NCBI RefSeq assembly: GCF_009914755.1
Contig: NC_060935.1
Strand: one strand, 5' to 3'
DNA length: 64,000 nt
From: the human T2T-CHM13v2.0 reference genome, Homo sapiens
This document shows, piece by piece, positions 47,605 to 62,012 of the stretch (position 1 is its first letter; the number at the start of each line of letters is the position of its first letter). The position numbers were made by a program, and so were the translations under genes. The notes below the pieces were generated by a model that saw only the letters and a list, made by a program, of their open reading frames with translations, was not told the origin of the DNA and did not search any database.

Positions 47605-50600
47605 GTGGCTTACAAGAAACTCACTTTATCTATAAAGACACATATAGTCTGAAAGTAAAGGAGTCGAAAAACAGATTCCCTGAAAATGAAAACCAAATGT
47701 GAGCAGGAGTAGCTACACTTAGATAAAACAGACGTTGGTTTAAAATAATAAAAAGAGACAAAGAAAGTCATTATATAATGATAAAGTGATCAATTCAGTA
47801 AGAGGATATAACAATTCTAAACATATATGCACCCAACACGGGTGCATGAACCAAATAATATTAAACATAAAGGGAGAAATAAACTGTAATACAGTAACAG
47901 TTGGATACATCAACATCCTACTCTCAACATAGACAGGTCATGTAGATAGAAAATTAAGAAAGAAACATTGGATTTAAACTGCATGTTAGACCAAATGGAC
48001 TAAACACTTTTACAGGACACTTCATCCAATAGCTACAGAATACTCATTTTTTTCTCATCAGTACATGGAACATTCTCCAGGATAGACCATTTGTTAGGAC
48101 ACAAAACAAGTCCCAACATATTTTAAAAACCTGAAGTCATATCAAGTCTCTTCTCAGACCAAAAAAAAGATAAAACTAGAAGATAATAACAAGAGGAACT
48201 TTTGAAACTACAAATACATAGAAATTAAACATTCTCCTGAATGACCATTGGATCAAGGAAGAAATTAAGGAGAAATAAAAAAAGTTCTTGAAAAAATGCA
48301 AACCAAAACGCAACACACCAAAGCCTGTCGGATACAGTAAAAGCAGTGCTAAGAGGGAAATTTATGGCAATAAACAGCTGCATCAAAAAAAAAAAAAAGA
48401 AAGATTTCAAACAATCTAACAAAGCACCTCAAGGGACTACAAAAGCAAGAAAAAAATCCCAAAATTAGTAGAAGGAAAGAAATAATATCAGAGCAGAAAT
48501 AAATGAAATACACACATAAAGGATAATAAGAAGGATCGACAAAAAGTTGGTTTTTCAAAAAAATGCAATGAACTGTTAGCTAGAATCATCAAGAAAAAAA
48601 GAGAGAAGACCCAAATAAACCCAGAAATGAAAATGGAGACATTACAACTAATACCACAGAAAACAAAAGCTCATCAGAGACTATTATGAATAACTATACA
48701 TTCGCAAACTGGGAAACCTAGAGGGAATGGGTAAATTCCTGGACACATACAACCTACCAAGATTAAATCAGGAAGAAACAGAAGACCTGAACAAACCAAT
48801 AAGAAGTAATGAGTTTCAATCAGTAACAAAAAGTCTTCCGCAAAGAAAAGTCCAGGACCTGATGGCTTCACTGCCAAATTCTACCAAACTTACAAAGAAG
48901 AATTTACCAGCTCTCTTCAAACTATTCTAAACTATTCCCCATAAAAAATAAAGACTATGGAACTCTCTCTAGCTCATTCTATAAGGCCAGTGTTACCTTA
49001 ATACCAAAACCAGACAAGGATGCAACAACAAAAAGAAAAATACAAGCCAATATCCTTGATGAATTTAGATGTAAAAATTTTCAACAAAATACTAGCAAAC
49101 TGAATCCAACAGTACATTAAAAAGATAACACACCACAATCACGTGGGATTTATTTCAGGGATTCAAGGATGGTTCAACATGCACAAATCAATAAATTTGA
49201 TAAAATACATCAAGAGAATGAGGTACAAAAACTGTAAGATTATCTCAATAGACACAGAAAAAGCATTTGATAAAATTTAACATTTCTTCATGATAAAAAC
49301 TATCAACAAACTAGACACTGAGAGAACATACCTCAACATAATAAAGGCAACATATGACAAACCCACAGCTAACATACTGAATGGGGAAAAGCTAAAAACA
49401 TTACCTCTAAGAACTGGAGCAAGACAAGGATACCCTACTCTCACCATTCTTATTCAACATAGTACTGGAAGTCCTAGCCAGAGCAATCAGGCAAAAGAAA
49501 AAAATAAAAGGCATCCAAATTGGAAAAGAGGATGTCAAACTGTCCCTCTTTGCAGATAATATAATCTTATAGCTATAAAAAAAACACTAAAGATTCCATG
49601 AAAACAAACCTCTGAGATAATCAATAAATTTACAGGACACAAAATTAACATACAATAATTGGTAGTATTTCTATATACCAAACGTGAACTAGCTGAGAAA
49701 GAAATCGAGGCTCATTTATAATAGCTACAAAGTAATAAAATAAAATACCTAGCAATAGATTTAACCAAAGTGAAAGACTTCTACAAGGAAAACAACAATA
49801 CACTGATGAAAGAAAATGAAGGGGACACAAACAAATGGAAAGACATTCCATGTTCAGGGATGAGAAGAACTAATATCATTAAAATTACCATACAGCCAAA
49901 AGCAATCTACAGATTCAATACAATCCCTATCAAAGTGCCAATGTCATTTTTTACAGAAATAGAAAAAAAATTCTAAAATTCATATGGAAACAAAAAAGAC
50001 TCCAAATAACCAAAGCAATCCCAAGCAAAAGAACAAAGCTGGAGGCATCATGCTACCTGACTTCAAAATATATTACAAGGCTACAGTGACAAAAATAACA
50101 TGGAATTGGTATAAAAACAGACAAATGGACCAATGAAGCAGAAAGGAGAACCTAAAAATAAATCCACATATTTACAGCCAACAGATTCTTGACAAAGATG
50201 CTAAGAACAAACATTGGTGAAAAGACACCCTATTCAATAATCAGTTTTGGGAAAATTGGATCTCCATATGCAGAAGAATGAAATTAGACAAAAATCAACT
50301 CAAGATGAATTGAAAACTTAAACCTAAGACCCGAAACTATAAAACTAGAAGAAAACAAAAAGCACTTCAAAACTTTGTTCTGTCTATGGATATTATGGCT
50401 AAAACCCCAAAAGCACAGGTAGCAAAGTCAAAAATACACAAATAGACTATATTAAACTAAAAAGCTTCTGCACAGCAAAGTAAACAATCAACAAAGTAAA
50501 AAGAGTATCTGTTGAATGGGAGAAAATATTTGCAAACTATTTGTCTGACAAGGGGCTGATATCCAGAATATACAAGGAACTTAGACAATTCAACAGTAAA

Positions 50601-51758
50601 AAGACAAATAATTCCATGAAAAAGTGGGCAAAGAATGTGAATAGACTTAAAAAAAAAAAGACATACAGATGGCCAACAGGCATTTGAAAAAATACTCAAC
50701 ATCACTAATCGTCAGAGAAATGCAAATCAAAACTACAATGAGATATCATCTCACCCCAGTTAGAATGGCTATTATTAAAAAGACAAAAAATAACAGATGC
50801 TGGCAAGGATGTAGAGAAAAGAAACTCTTATACACTGTTGGTGGGAATGTAAATTAGTACAGCCATTAGGGAAAACAGTATGGAGATTTCTCAAAAAAGC
50901 TAAAAATAGAACTACCATACAATCTAGCCATCCCACTACTGGGCATTTATCCAAAGGAAAAGAAATCAGTATATCAAAAGGATACCTACACTCCTGTCTT
51001 TATTGCAGCATTATTCACAGTAGCAAGCTATGGAATCAACCTAAGCTTCCATCAGTGGACAAATCGACAAAGAAAATGTGGAGTATATATAAAATGGAAT
51101 ATTATTTAGCCATAAAAAATGAAATCATGTCATTTGCAGCAACATAGATGAAACTAGAGGTCATTATGATAAGTGGAATAAGCCAGGAACAGAAAGACAA
51201 ATATCACACATTCTCACTCATATGTGAGAGCTAAAAATGTTGATTTCATGAAGGTAGAGAGCAGAATGATACCAGAGACTGGAAAAGGTGTGTGGTTGGG
51301 GATTGTGGGGGATGAACAGAGCTTTCTTAATGGATACAAACATATAGTTAGAAGGAATAAGTTCTAATGTTTGATAGCAGAGTAGGGTAACTATAGTTAG
51401 CAACAATGTATTGTGCATTTGAAAATAGCTAGAAGAAAGGACTTGAAAAGTTCCCAACACATAGAAACGGTAAATACTCAATGGGACACCCCAAACACTC
51501 TGACTTGATCATTACACATTCATGCTTGTAATAAAATCACATGTACTTCATAAATATGTACAAATATTACGTAGCAATAAAAATTAGTTTATACAAAATA
51601 CCATAGTTTGCTTAACTAAATCCTTATTATTAAATATGTTTCTTCTAGTTTTTAAAATTATATAAAATATTTAATGAATATATTTGTTCATAAAGCATTT
51701 TCCTCTTTCAATATGTAGGATTACTACCTTAGGCTAGACATTTAGAAAGGTTATTGCT

Positions 51759-52059
51759 GGCCAGGCATGGTGGCTCGCACCTGTAATCCCAGCATTTTGG
51801 GAGGCCAAGGTGGGCAGATTGCCTGAGCTCAGGTGTTCGAGACCAGCAGGGGCAATATAGTGAAACCCCATCTCTACAAAAAAATACAAAAACCAGCCGG
51901 GCATTGTGGCTTGCCTGTATTCCCAGCTACTCGTGGGTGCTGAGGTGGGAGGATGACTTGAGCCCAGGAGGTCAAGGCTGAAATGAGCCAAGATTGTGCC
52001 ACTGCACTCCACCTTGGGTGACAGAGCGAGACCCTGTTTCCTAAAAAAACCAAACAGTA
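51759..52059 (+). mobile_element. AluJ
   Basis: GAGCCCAGGAGGTCAAGGCTG and GACCCTGT J-diagnostics; degenerate TSD AGAAAGGTTATTGCT/AGAAATGTAATTGCT. Confidence 0.9.
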
Positions 52060-52562
52060 AGAAATGTAATTGCTAAGTCAAAGAATATTAGCACTTAAAG
52101 TGATTGATGTATATTGCCATATTGTTCTCTAAAGGAGTGGTGCTAATTAGAATTCTTTTTCTGTACAACAAGTCAGTAGGCCAATACCTACAGATTTGAC
52201 CATAATGTTTAAAATTACTTAACTCTGACTCGGGAAGTGATAAAAATAGAAAGAAGTTCTCTAAAAGTTATGTGGCTATCCACGCCAATTGTAGGTGACT
52301 TACCTATTCTCACACGAATCTGAAGACTTAATGTGACCTCAGACCTGTCTGGATTAGGTGCTTCTGTACATTGGATGGTTTTAACTTTCACCACTTATGT
52401 CTTAACCAACAACTGATTAATTTCTGTTCCCCTTACTACACTACAAGTTCTGCAAGGACAGAGATCCTGACCATCTTGCACATGGTTATATCCACAAAGT
52501 CTAGCACAATATCTGAAACATAATAAATACATAATAGATAAGAAGATACTGAAGTAAAGTTT

Positions 52563-53035
52563 CTCTTTTTATTGATATGTAATATTTGTACATCTTTTTT
52601 ATTGATACATAATATTTGTACATATTTATGGGGTAAATGTGATATTTTGTTCCATGCATAGAATGTGTAATGATCAAGTATGGCATTTAGGATATCCATT
52701 ACCTCAAGTGTTTATCATTTCTATGTGTTGATAACATTTCAAGTCTTCCTTTTAGCTGTTTTGAAATATACAACACCTTTTTGCTAACGATAGAAACCCT
52801 ACAGTGCTATAGAACGTTAGAACTTATTCCTTCCATCTAACTCTACAAGTGCCATTAACCAAATTTCTTCATCCTCCCAGTCCCCCCTCAACACACACAC
52901 ACACACACACACACACCCCCTTCTCAGCCTCTGGTATCTATCATTCTACTCCCTACCTCCAGGAGATCAACTCTTTTAGCTCCCATATATGGATAAGAAT
53001 ATGCAATGTCTGTCTTTCTGTGCCTGGTTTATATG
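52563..53035 (-). mobile_element. L1MA 3' end with (CA)n at 52890-52915
   Basis: Antisense of the same 3' UTR type as 51220-51585. Confidence 0.85.
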
Positions 53036-53199
53036 TACATGTACATGTAGGGACTTGATTATGCCTGTATTTTAAAAGATCAAAAGGAATAATTTACTTT
53101 CAAATACAGAGATATGAATTCTAATTTTAGAGCCTCCAAACTCTGAACTACATAACTGTGCCCATTAACCTCTACTCTCCTATTAATATAAGAAATTTG

Positions 53200-53395
53200 G
53201 AGAGGGAGGGACTTCAAGAAGGCTGACTAGAAGCATCTGGGATTCACCTCCTCCACAAAGAATAACTAAAATAGCAAGTACATCATCACACTTCGAATAG
53301 ATCATCTAAGAGAGAACATGAAACTCAACAAGAAACACTTAAGGCAAGAAAGGAGCAGGAAGTGAGGAAGCCTGCTTGCACTCTGCAAGTTACTG
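53200..53395 (+). mobile_element. Isolated L1M 5' UTR start
   Basis: GGGACTTCAAGAAGGCTGACTAGAAGCATCTGG...ATCACACTTCGAATAGATCATCTAAGAGAGAAC, homologous to 44006-44170. Confidence 0.75.
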
Positions 53396-54334
53396 TGGAG
53401 GAACACCTATCTCTCAAGGGCCTAAATGCCAAATTACCTTCCAAATTAAATCATAATGAAAGTATTAAAATCAGGTAGGTATTTACTAGTTGCATAAATC
53501 TTGCATTTCTGAACAAACCTTTAAATACAGTGAAATACTGAGCCAGTACATGCCCAGGGAATGTCCCATGCATCTTATCTATGTTTTACTTCTCATTACA
53601 GTGACCAAGGGTGAGTAGGGAACACTTTCACTTACCAGCCTTCAGGTCTAGATGCTGTTTCTCTTGGATCTGAGAGGAATTATGGTTAATTTTTCACACT
53701 TATCATTTCTCAGTGAGGGAAATCAGGTCCAAGACTTGTCCAGCAAGTTAAAGGAAAAGCTTTACAGATGCCTACAGCCATACAAACCACATGGAAAAAT
53801 AACCCATGTTTAGACATAAAGAGCCTTAAATGCCCAGAAAGTGACCTAGTTTGAACAGTAATTTTAATAGTTCAGTTCAAGTGTGACTGTCATAAAAGAA
53901 GTCACCCAATAAATATTCGTTGAGTAAAACTGTTAAAATCAGGATGTGAGATGATCTTCTCTCTGTTCTTTTACAGCAAAATTGGGACATTTTCTCTGAG
54001 AGGCAAGAAGCAATAGCAATTTCCCAAAGTTTCTGAGCCTCTCAAAAGGGTCATTTATATTTTCCTCTAACACTGTACTTTATACAAAGAAAACTCTTAA
54101 TGAACACACATGCAAACAATCCTATATTTGTCACAGCTTGATATTGTGGACATCATAAAATTCAGTGTATAAGAAATGGTATCTATTTCTACTAGGCTGT
54201 AATCTACTAGAGTAGACTATAGGACTTTGTCCACTTTGTTTCAGTACATCCCCAGTGCCTAGCACAGCATCTGGCATATAACTCACACCAAATACATTTT
54301 GTAAAATGCAGAACAATACTAACTGCAGATCTAT

Positions 54335-54348
54335 GTAGCCATGGCAAC
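54335..54348. promoter_or_regulatory. RFX X-box
   Basis: GTAGCCATGGCAAC fits GTNRCC(N0-3)RGYAAC; one mismatch from the perfect palindrome GTTGCCATGGCAAC. Confidence 0.55.
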
Positions 54349-54889
54349 TTCCCTGGGCCTCCTGCTTCACTCAGTGGGCAATGAGTCCATGAAACCAAAG
54401 GGAGTGCCCATCTGACACCTGTGTGCCTTCTTTTCACTTCTAGACCATTCTCTGAGGCCTCAGACTTCTTTGGCCAAATAGCTCCATACTTGTTTTTAGA
54501 GACTGGAATACTAGTATACCAGTAGTATATCATGCTACTAGTGTACAACTCCTAGTACTGAAAGGTAGACAAGAGATAGCTCTGTCAGGCATGAAAGGGC
54601 AAATATTGGACATGGGGGATGGTGTGGCTGTGAATTTGGAAGCCCATTGTGGTGTTGGATAGAGTTGTGGCTGTGCAGAAATGGGGGTGGCCCATGGGCT
54701 TCCATTTTTGTTTTTTTCTCAACCCTGCAAATTTTAAGAGCAGTCTTATTTAAATAAATAGGTGGATCAATAAATGAATGAAAAGAATGCCTTTGACATA
54801 AACAAATAAAATATGCCAGTGAAAGAGAAATTAAGAGGTTTCCCCAGAGATTCTGATAATGATAAACTCTGTAAAACTGGATAGGGGCC

Positions 54890-55445
54890 TCTCCTAGAAG
54901 AACTAAAAATAGAACTACCATTTGACCCAGAAACCCCACTACTGTGCATCTGCCCAAAGGAAGAGAAATCACTATATCAAAAAGACACCTGCACTCATAT
55001 GTTTATCACAGCACTGTTCACAATAGCAAAGTCATGGAATTAACTTAATTGTCAACAGATGATAATGTGGTATATATACACCACGAATACAACATAGCCA
55101 TAAAAAAATAAAATTATGTCTTTTGCAGCAACGTGGATGGAGCTGGAGGTCATTAACCTAAGTGAAATAACTAAGAAACAGAAAATCAAATACCACATGT
55201 TCTTACTTGTAAGTGGGAGCTAAACAATGGGTACCATGGACCCACAGAGGGAAAGAATAGACACTGGGGACTCCAAAAGCGGAGAGGGTGGAAAGAGAGC
55301 GAGGGTTGAAAAATTACCTGTTGGGTACAATGTTCACCATTTGAGTGATGGGCACACTAGAACCCCAAATCTCACCACTATGCAATATATTCATATAACA
55401 AACCTGCACATGTACCCCATGAATTAAAATAAATTTTAAAAAGAA
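54890..55445 (+). mobile_element. L1PB/L1PA16-type 3' end
   Basis: GAACTACCATTTGACCCAG...GGGTTGAAAAATTACCT...CACATGTACCCCATGAATTAAAATAAA. Confidence 0.85.
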
Positions 55446-56199
55446 TACCTACTTCATACAACTGCTATAAAGATTAAACAAATTATTATTTGTAAAGGAA
55501 TAGAATGGCATCTGGCTCACAGTCAGCACTCTGGAAGGGCTGACTTCCAGAGTTAAATGTGATGTTATTGTTAAATAACATAAACGGTGTGTGATTATTC
55601 TTATTATATGCCAATTTATATTTAATCTCAAAAGCAGGCATAGTTTCTAAGTGTTAGTCAATTTAAATTTTAAGGGCTGTTCACCAAACTAACTACAAAG
55701 CCAGTAGATTTCAACCATCTCAAAATATTTCTTGTGTGTTGGCACTATTGGTTACTGTAATATTAATTCAATAGGAGTTTAGTAAGTCAGCAGGTGGAAA
55801 GGCTGTGTTTTAAATTTGTCTTCCCTAGCTAATAAAGATCTGTTCAACGTTTCAGTCATTTAAAATCTATGCTAAAGTTATAGAATAATAAGAAAGAACC
55901 TAATATCCATCTGGGCTGGAATGCTGCATGGATACCACACGCTGGGAACACCAAAGCAGCTGAGGCATAGGAGCCAAAAAGAGCCACCCAGAAGCAAAGA
56001 TAAAGGGATTGGATAAGCCGTAAAAACAATCATACTACTGTGAAAAAAGGCTTTCAACCATCTTTTAGAGTGAAAATGTAATTGCTTATGCCTATTTTTA
56101 TTTAAATAAATTTATTTTTTTCCTTGAGATAGCTAACCAAAATTCTTTATTTCAAATGGACATAAATTACATGTCTAAAAACTCATGCATGTTAAAGGT

Positions 56200-57300
56200 A
56201 CACTAGAGGCAGCGCAAAGAATTTTTATGTTTCAGGTCTTACAAATAGTTTCTGACACTTGTCCCGCAAATTAGTATTGCTGTTGTTTTTCTTAAAGCAC
56301 CTCTTGAGAACACGCTTCTCCACAACTTCTTCCAAGGTGAGTTAAAGTTACAAGCTACTGAACAAAAACCTTCCAATTTAACATTACAGCTTCAACGGAT
56401 CTGTGAATATATTATCAACAGTGTCAGCAGCACAATGAAATTAAGTTAGTATACAGTATCTACCAAAACTTTCATAACATTGCTTCCTTTTTCATACAAC
56501 TCAGACTGATTTGAAAGATAAGCATTTGTTTCAAAATTAATAGCAACACTCTTTTGTTTCATTTTATGTAGCATTAAAGACCAAAGGAGCCTTAGGAATT
56601 AATTGCAGGCTTCTAATAAACACAATGATGTAATGACGTATTTAACATTACTGTGTTTTGTTTGATTCCAAATAAATTGCAGATTTTTTTCTGGTGTGAT
56701 ACTAAAACAATTACCATTTGCAAAAAGGATAATTAATCTGCAATTTTTCACATTAGATCGTATATCTCTAAAGAGTGCCCACAGATTTGATAGTCTTCAG
56801 CTGCTGTGTATTTATTTTTCATTTTTTTCTACTGATGCACCGCCCCATCAGTGCTGACATTTAAATGAGTGAGTATTCAACACAAATGTGATCATTTGTA
56901 CAGCATCCAATGCGGCCCCATACTGAGATGATTGCTTCTGGGAGCCATCCACGGGTTCTCAAATAGGGTGGAAAAGCCAGGCAAAATTTTATCAATTTAC
57001 ATTTTTCTGTGATTAATTTTTATGCAAATAAGGGCCCGACCGTGCTCCCATCTCACCTGAATCATCCGGATCATCAAAGACAAATTGAGCATCACTTATT
57101 TTAAAAATAGGCTTTAAACTACTCTACAGCTGTGTTGGAAAATGCTAAGAGTGGGGCATGAACTTCTCTAATATAACAGGAATAGATAAGAAAATGTCTT
57201 TTATGTGCATTTTGTACACAATGCCATAAACATGGAACTTAACAAAATAAAAAAAAAGGCTTTGCTTTGAATATTCTCTGGTCCTTGTAAATATTCAACA
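56200..57300. promoter_or_regulatory. Candidate conserved developmental enhancer
   Basis: Repeat-free; clustered TGATTAAT (57010), ATGCAAAT (57022), ATCAAAG (57073), ACAATG; local CpG retention. Confidence 0.45.
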
Positions 57301-60273
57301 ATGGGAATAACAGTGTATGAAGCAACATTTCCCCAATGAACACATAATCAGAAGTGTTTCCCATTGGGCAAAATACACCAACCATTACATGTCTTTGCTT
57401 ACTTTTTATTGCTTCTGGATGAAAGTGCCTAATAAATGGAATTATACAGAGGAAACACAATATTGCGAAATGAAAAATCTTTGTGGTTAGGGGTTTATAT
57501 TGTCAGAATTATGTTGCATAAAATTGACATAGCACTTTTAAGCCCATGCAGTCTAATTCTAAATTCATATAACTTTTACAAAAATAATAGAATTATCTGG
57601 TTCACATTTGCGATCCATTAAAATTACATAAATCATATTGGATTTTTTCAAATATCATTATTCAGATTTATGAAATACAAATAAAAGTGTTTTCCATGAT
57701 ATCTGAAATCAAGTTAACAATGCAATTTATATTTTTAAAAAATTGTCATAGCTTACAAATGCCACCTCAGCAGTGACTAAGTTCAATTTGCTATTTTCAA
57801 GGAAAGCTATATTTTTTCACATTATATCTTTAAAAAACGTGCTTAGAGTTTTGTGTACATTACTCAGTTATCAAAATCTTCCCAGATGTCTCTCTCCCTC
57901 ACTCATGAAAATAATCACCAGAGCAGAAATAAATTGTTGACAATTCTCTGAGAATGGAAACAGACCACAGGGGGTAAAAATCTGGTTATCTAAATGGGCG
58001 ATATAATCGAAGGTTCAGCTAAGCTAAGGGAATTTCAACATAAACAATGCTCTTATTCCCAAGACTGGGTTCTCCTTTATATACAATAGTGGAGGAATGC
58101 CAGTCCTTTCCTTACTGCTGTGAGAAAAGTGCTGGACAGGAACAAGATTAGAATCTTAAAAGCTGTCCTGGGGAGCAAAATTACTGTGCATCATACAGGT
58201 GAAGAGGTAAAAGGAGCAAAAATAAATGGAGTTTATTCCATGGTTTTTAGAGTTTATTTCACGAAGACAGAAATAAAGATATCTCAATCCATAGTTACTC
58301 CATGTGAGATGGCTGTGTGTGTGCGAGCGCAGGTGTGTGTTTGGGCACGTGTGTATACAGAACTGTGTCACTGGGCCTCCTCTCTCCCTCACCAACAAAT
58401 ATGCCACTCAGCACTATATTTCACACACAAGAAATCTTGTCTGTATTCTCACTGCCTCACTTCAAAAACAACCTTGGAAAAACAGGTTTTTCTCTCACAA
58501 AAATTCACTGATTTTAGTTTGGTAAGCAACTGATGAGAAATAGGAGAATAACCAGATTCACACAATTCTTGACACAACACACAAGGTCTGTCTAATCTGA
58601 TCTCAGGGTGAGTCAGTTAGACCAGCCAGCACAGAAGGTCATCTGCTGTGATTGTATCAGAAGCAATTCCTATTGTTCATAACCTGGACATTTCATATCC
58701 TCAAACAAAGGTGGGCGTAACGTGACGTTCAATCCCCAAGGATTTGCAAACTCTACCCGTGACTTTAAGAAGCAGCTGTTTAGTTGAAAGCAGGTCAGCT
58801 GGTAAGCACAGAGCTGTTTTTTGAAAGTCCAGGATAGTTGCCAGTGTAATGTAAAAACCAGCCTGTCTCTCATAGAAGTAAATTGGCACCTCCCAAATGA
58901 CAGGGGGAACTGCTTCCACATGTGCTGATACATTTGGAAACAACGGGAGAAGAGACTGGAGAAGGAGAAAACTGGGAATGGCACCTCACTAACTAAGGCA
59001 AGAAATACAGTTTTTCCTAAAAGGATGGGAGTCCAGGGCGGTTGGTGAGTTCCCAGGGTCTCAAAGTCCCCACATCTAACCTTGGCCACAATCTTTTCCA
59101 CAGAGATCAGATGATTCCTTCATTTCTGAACAATTCTTTCCTTGTGAATCATCCCAAGAAAGGAGACACTGACTCCTTAATTTAAATAAAAAGCACAACT
59201 TTTCGATTCTGTTTCCCACACTTCAAGTCTTCAGTACAGGAAACAAAATCACAACACTTCTTGGCAATAATTGTGAATCTTAAAAGATTTTAAGGTAAGG
59301 AGCTTTAGAAGGGGAGTCAGAAATGAAAAAAGAAAGCTTCAGCATGATTTGACTATCATGTGTGAGCAGGTCCAGGAGAATGCAATCATTTCAGTTTCTG
59401 AACTTTAAAATTAAAATGCCTGTAAATTTCAATCCATCAAACAGAATGATTATCTCTCTTTTTATTATAGAACTAATGATAATCATGTTAAAACACTGCA
59501 GTATGTTGAAGTATGTGGGTTTCTTTTTTTATGTTTATGGTATGCCTATTTATAAGTTTTTAAAAATTAAGATATAATTCACATAAAGTAAAATGTGCAA
59601 ATCTTAAATGTATAGTACAATGACATTTTAAAACATGTAGACATCTGAGTAAAAATATGACAGCAAACAGAAGATAGACTATTTTTATCACCTCACTTTA
59701 CCCTTACTAAAAGTATATGAAATATTAAAAGTAAATGAGATAATAAACTATATGAGTTGCACTGAGGAAGGTGGGGCCCAGATAATCAAGGAATTTGCCA
59801 CAGGTGAAGAGGCTTAGTTTCAAACACATGATCATCTGATTCCAAAGTCCACATCCTTCCCCCAAGCCACAGTGCTTCTATCAAGAGAGGACCATGAGAA
59901 CATGGCAATCAACATTTATGGAAATAAATTCCAAAACTAAATTATGACAAATTTTTTTAATGAATAGTAAGACACTTTATGAAACAATATATTAAAATTG
60001 ACATCCTGATATTCCTAACATTCAAAAAAGTGCCATTTTTTTGAGGGGGACAGAAATTAGTATTAGGCTCAGCAGCGTCTAGCAGAAAACTCACATGATG
60101 GTGGATTAAACATGATAGAGGTATGTTTTTCTGTAGTGTATAAATCCAGAGATTGGCAGCCCAAGATTGTTATGACATTTATTTAGTCATCAGAAACCCA
60201 AAGCATGTCTTCTTCTTTCTCTACTATTCTTACATCTTTTCCTTCCCTGTGGTTGCTTCATGGTCACAAATAA

Positions 60274-60720
<447 letters not shown>

Positions 60721-61084
60721 AATGACTTCTACTTTTTATATTAAAGCCAAATTATATCTGTACTGGAGACTGGGGTGTTAAGTATTTTGGCTAACCTGTT
60801 TCCACCCTTAATAATTAAAAAGAAAGAAAGAATGAAAATTTGTAGACAATCAGTAGTTTCTTTTCCAGAAACAGATAAAAAGCTTACAATTTAAGTACGT
60901 AGAGTAACAAATGTAGGAAATTCCAAATATAATAGAGTAAACAGTTCTGCTCATGACGTGAACTCATTGCACTAAACAATACCATCAAAGAGAATGGTAT
61001 TCTTTCTGAAGTGACCTAGTGAAAATAACTCCTACTGTCCCTAAGAAAAATACAAAAAGAAACCGAAAAAGTAGAATGCCATTA

Positions 61085-61406
61085 GTTTTTGTTTGTTTGC
61101 TTGTTTATTTGTTTTTGTTTGTTTGAGATGGAATCTCAATCTGTTGCCCAGGCTGGAGTGCCGTAGCATAATCTAGGCTCACTGCAACCTCCACCTCCTG
61201 GGTTCAGGCGATTCTCCTGCCTCAGCCTCCCAAGTAGCTGGGACTACAGGCATGCATCATCACACCCAGCTAATTTTTGTATTTTTAGTAGAGGCAGGAT
61301 TTCCCTATGTTGGCCAGGCTGGTCTCGTACTCCTGACCTCAAGTGATCTGCCTGCCTCAGCCTCCCAAAGTGCTGGGATTACAGACGTGAGCCACCGCAC
61401 CCAGGC
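61085..61406 (-). mobile_element. AluSx/Sz-like
   Basis: Full dimer with (TTTG)n tail. Confidence 0.93.
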
Positions 61407-61786
61407 TATTTCTTTGTTTTTAAGGGAGAGAAAACCACAAATGAAACTGAGCCATTTGATAAACATTTCTTAATTATCTACAATGCCAGAAACTGTTCTG
61501 GGCACTTGGGATACAGACATGAACAAGACAAACATTTTTACTGTTATCATGGAGCTTATAATTAATAAACAAATAAAGAATATCTCAAAATAGCATCATC
61601 CAGAGTTAAAATAAGTCAACGTGATAGAGATGGACTGTATGGCTAATTTTTATGGAGTCATCAGGAAAAACCTCTCTTATAGGGCTATATTTAAGCTGAG
61701 ATTTGAATGACAAGAAAAAATGAGCCATATGAAGCTCATTTTAAGTATTTGGGGCCAGAGGAACAGCTGGTGGAAAGGCTCTAGAT

Positions 61787-62012
61787 CAAGCTTGTCCAAC
61801 CCATGGCCCATTGGCCACATGTAGCCTAGGATGCCTTTGAATGTGACCCAACACAAATTTGTAAACTTTCTTAAAACATTATAAGTTTTTTTGCATTTTT
61901 TTTTCTCATCAGCTATCAGCTATCATTAGTGTTAGTGTATTTTATGTGTGGCTCAAGACAATTCTTCTTCCTCCAGTGCAGCCCAGGGAAGCCAAAAAAT
62001 TGGATGCCCCTG
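61787..62012 (-). mobile_element. MER30 (hAT-Charlie MITE), original copy
   Basis: TIR-like ends CAAGCTTGTCCAA / TTGGATGCCCCTG; 8-bp TSD CTCTAGAT/CTGTAGAT. Confidence 0.9.

Noticed and set aside
58120-59101. 137-143 aa ORFs
   Set aside because: Non-ATG starts, no splice or family signals; more consistent with regulatory DNA
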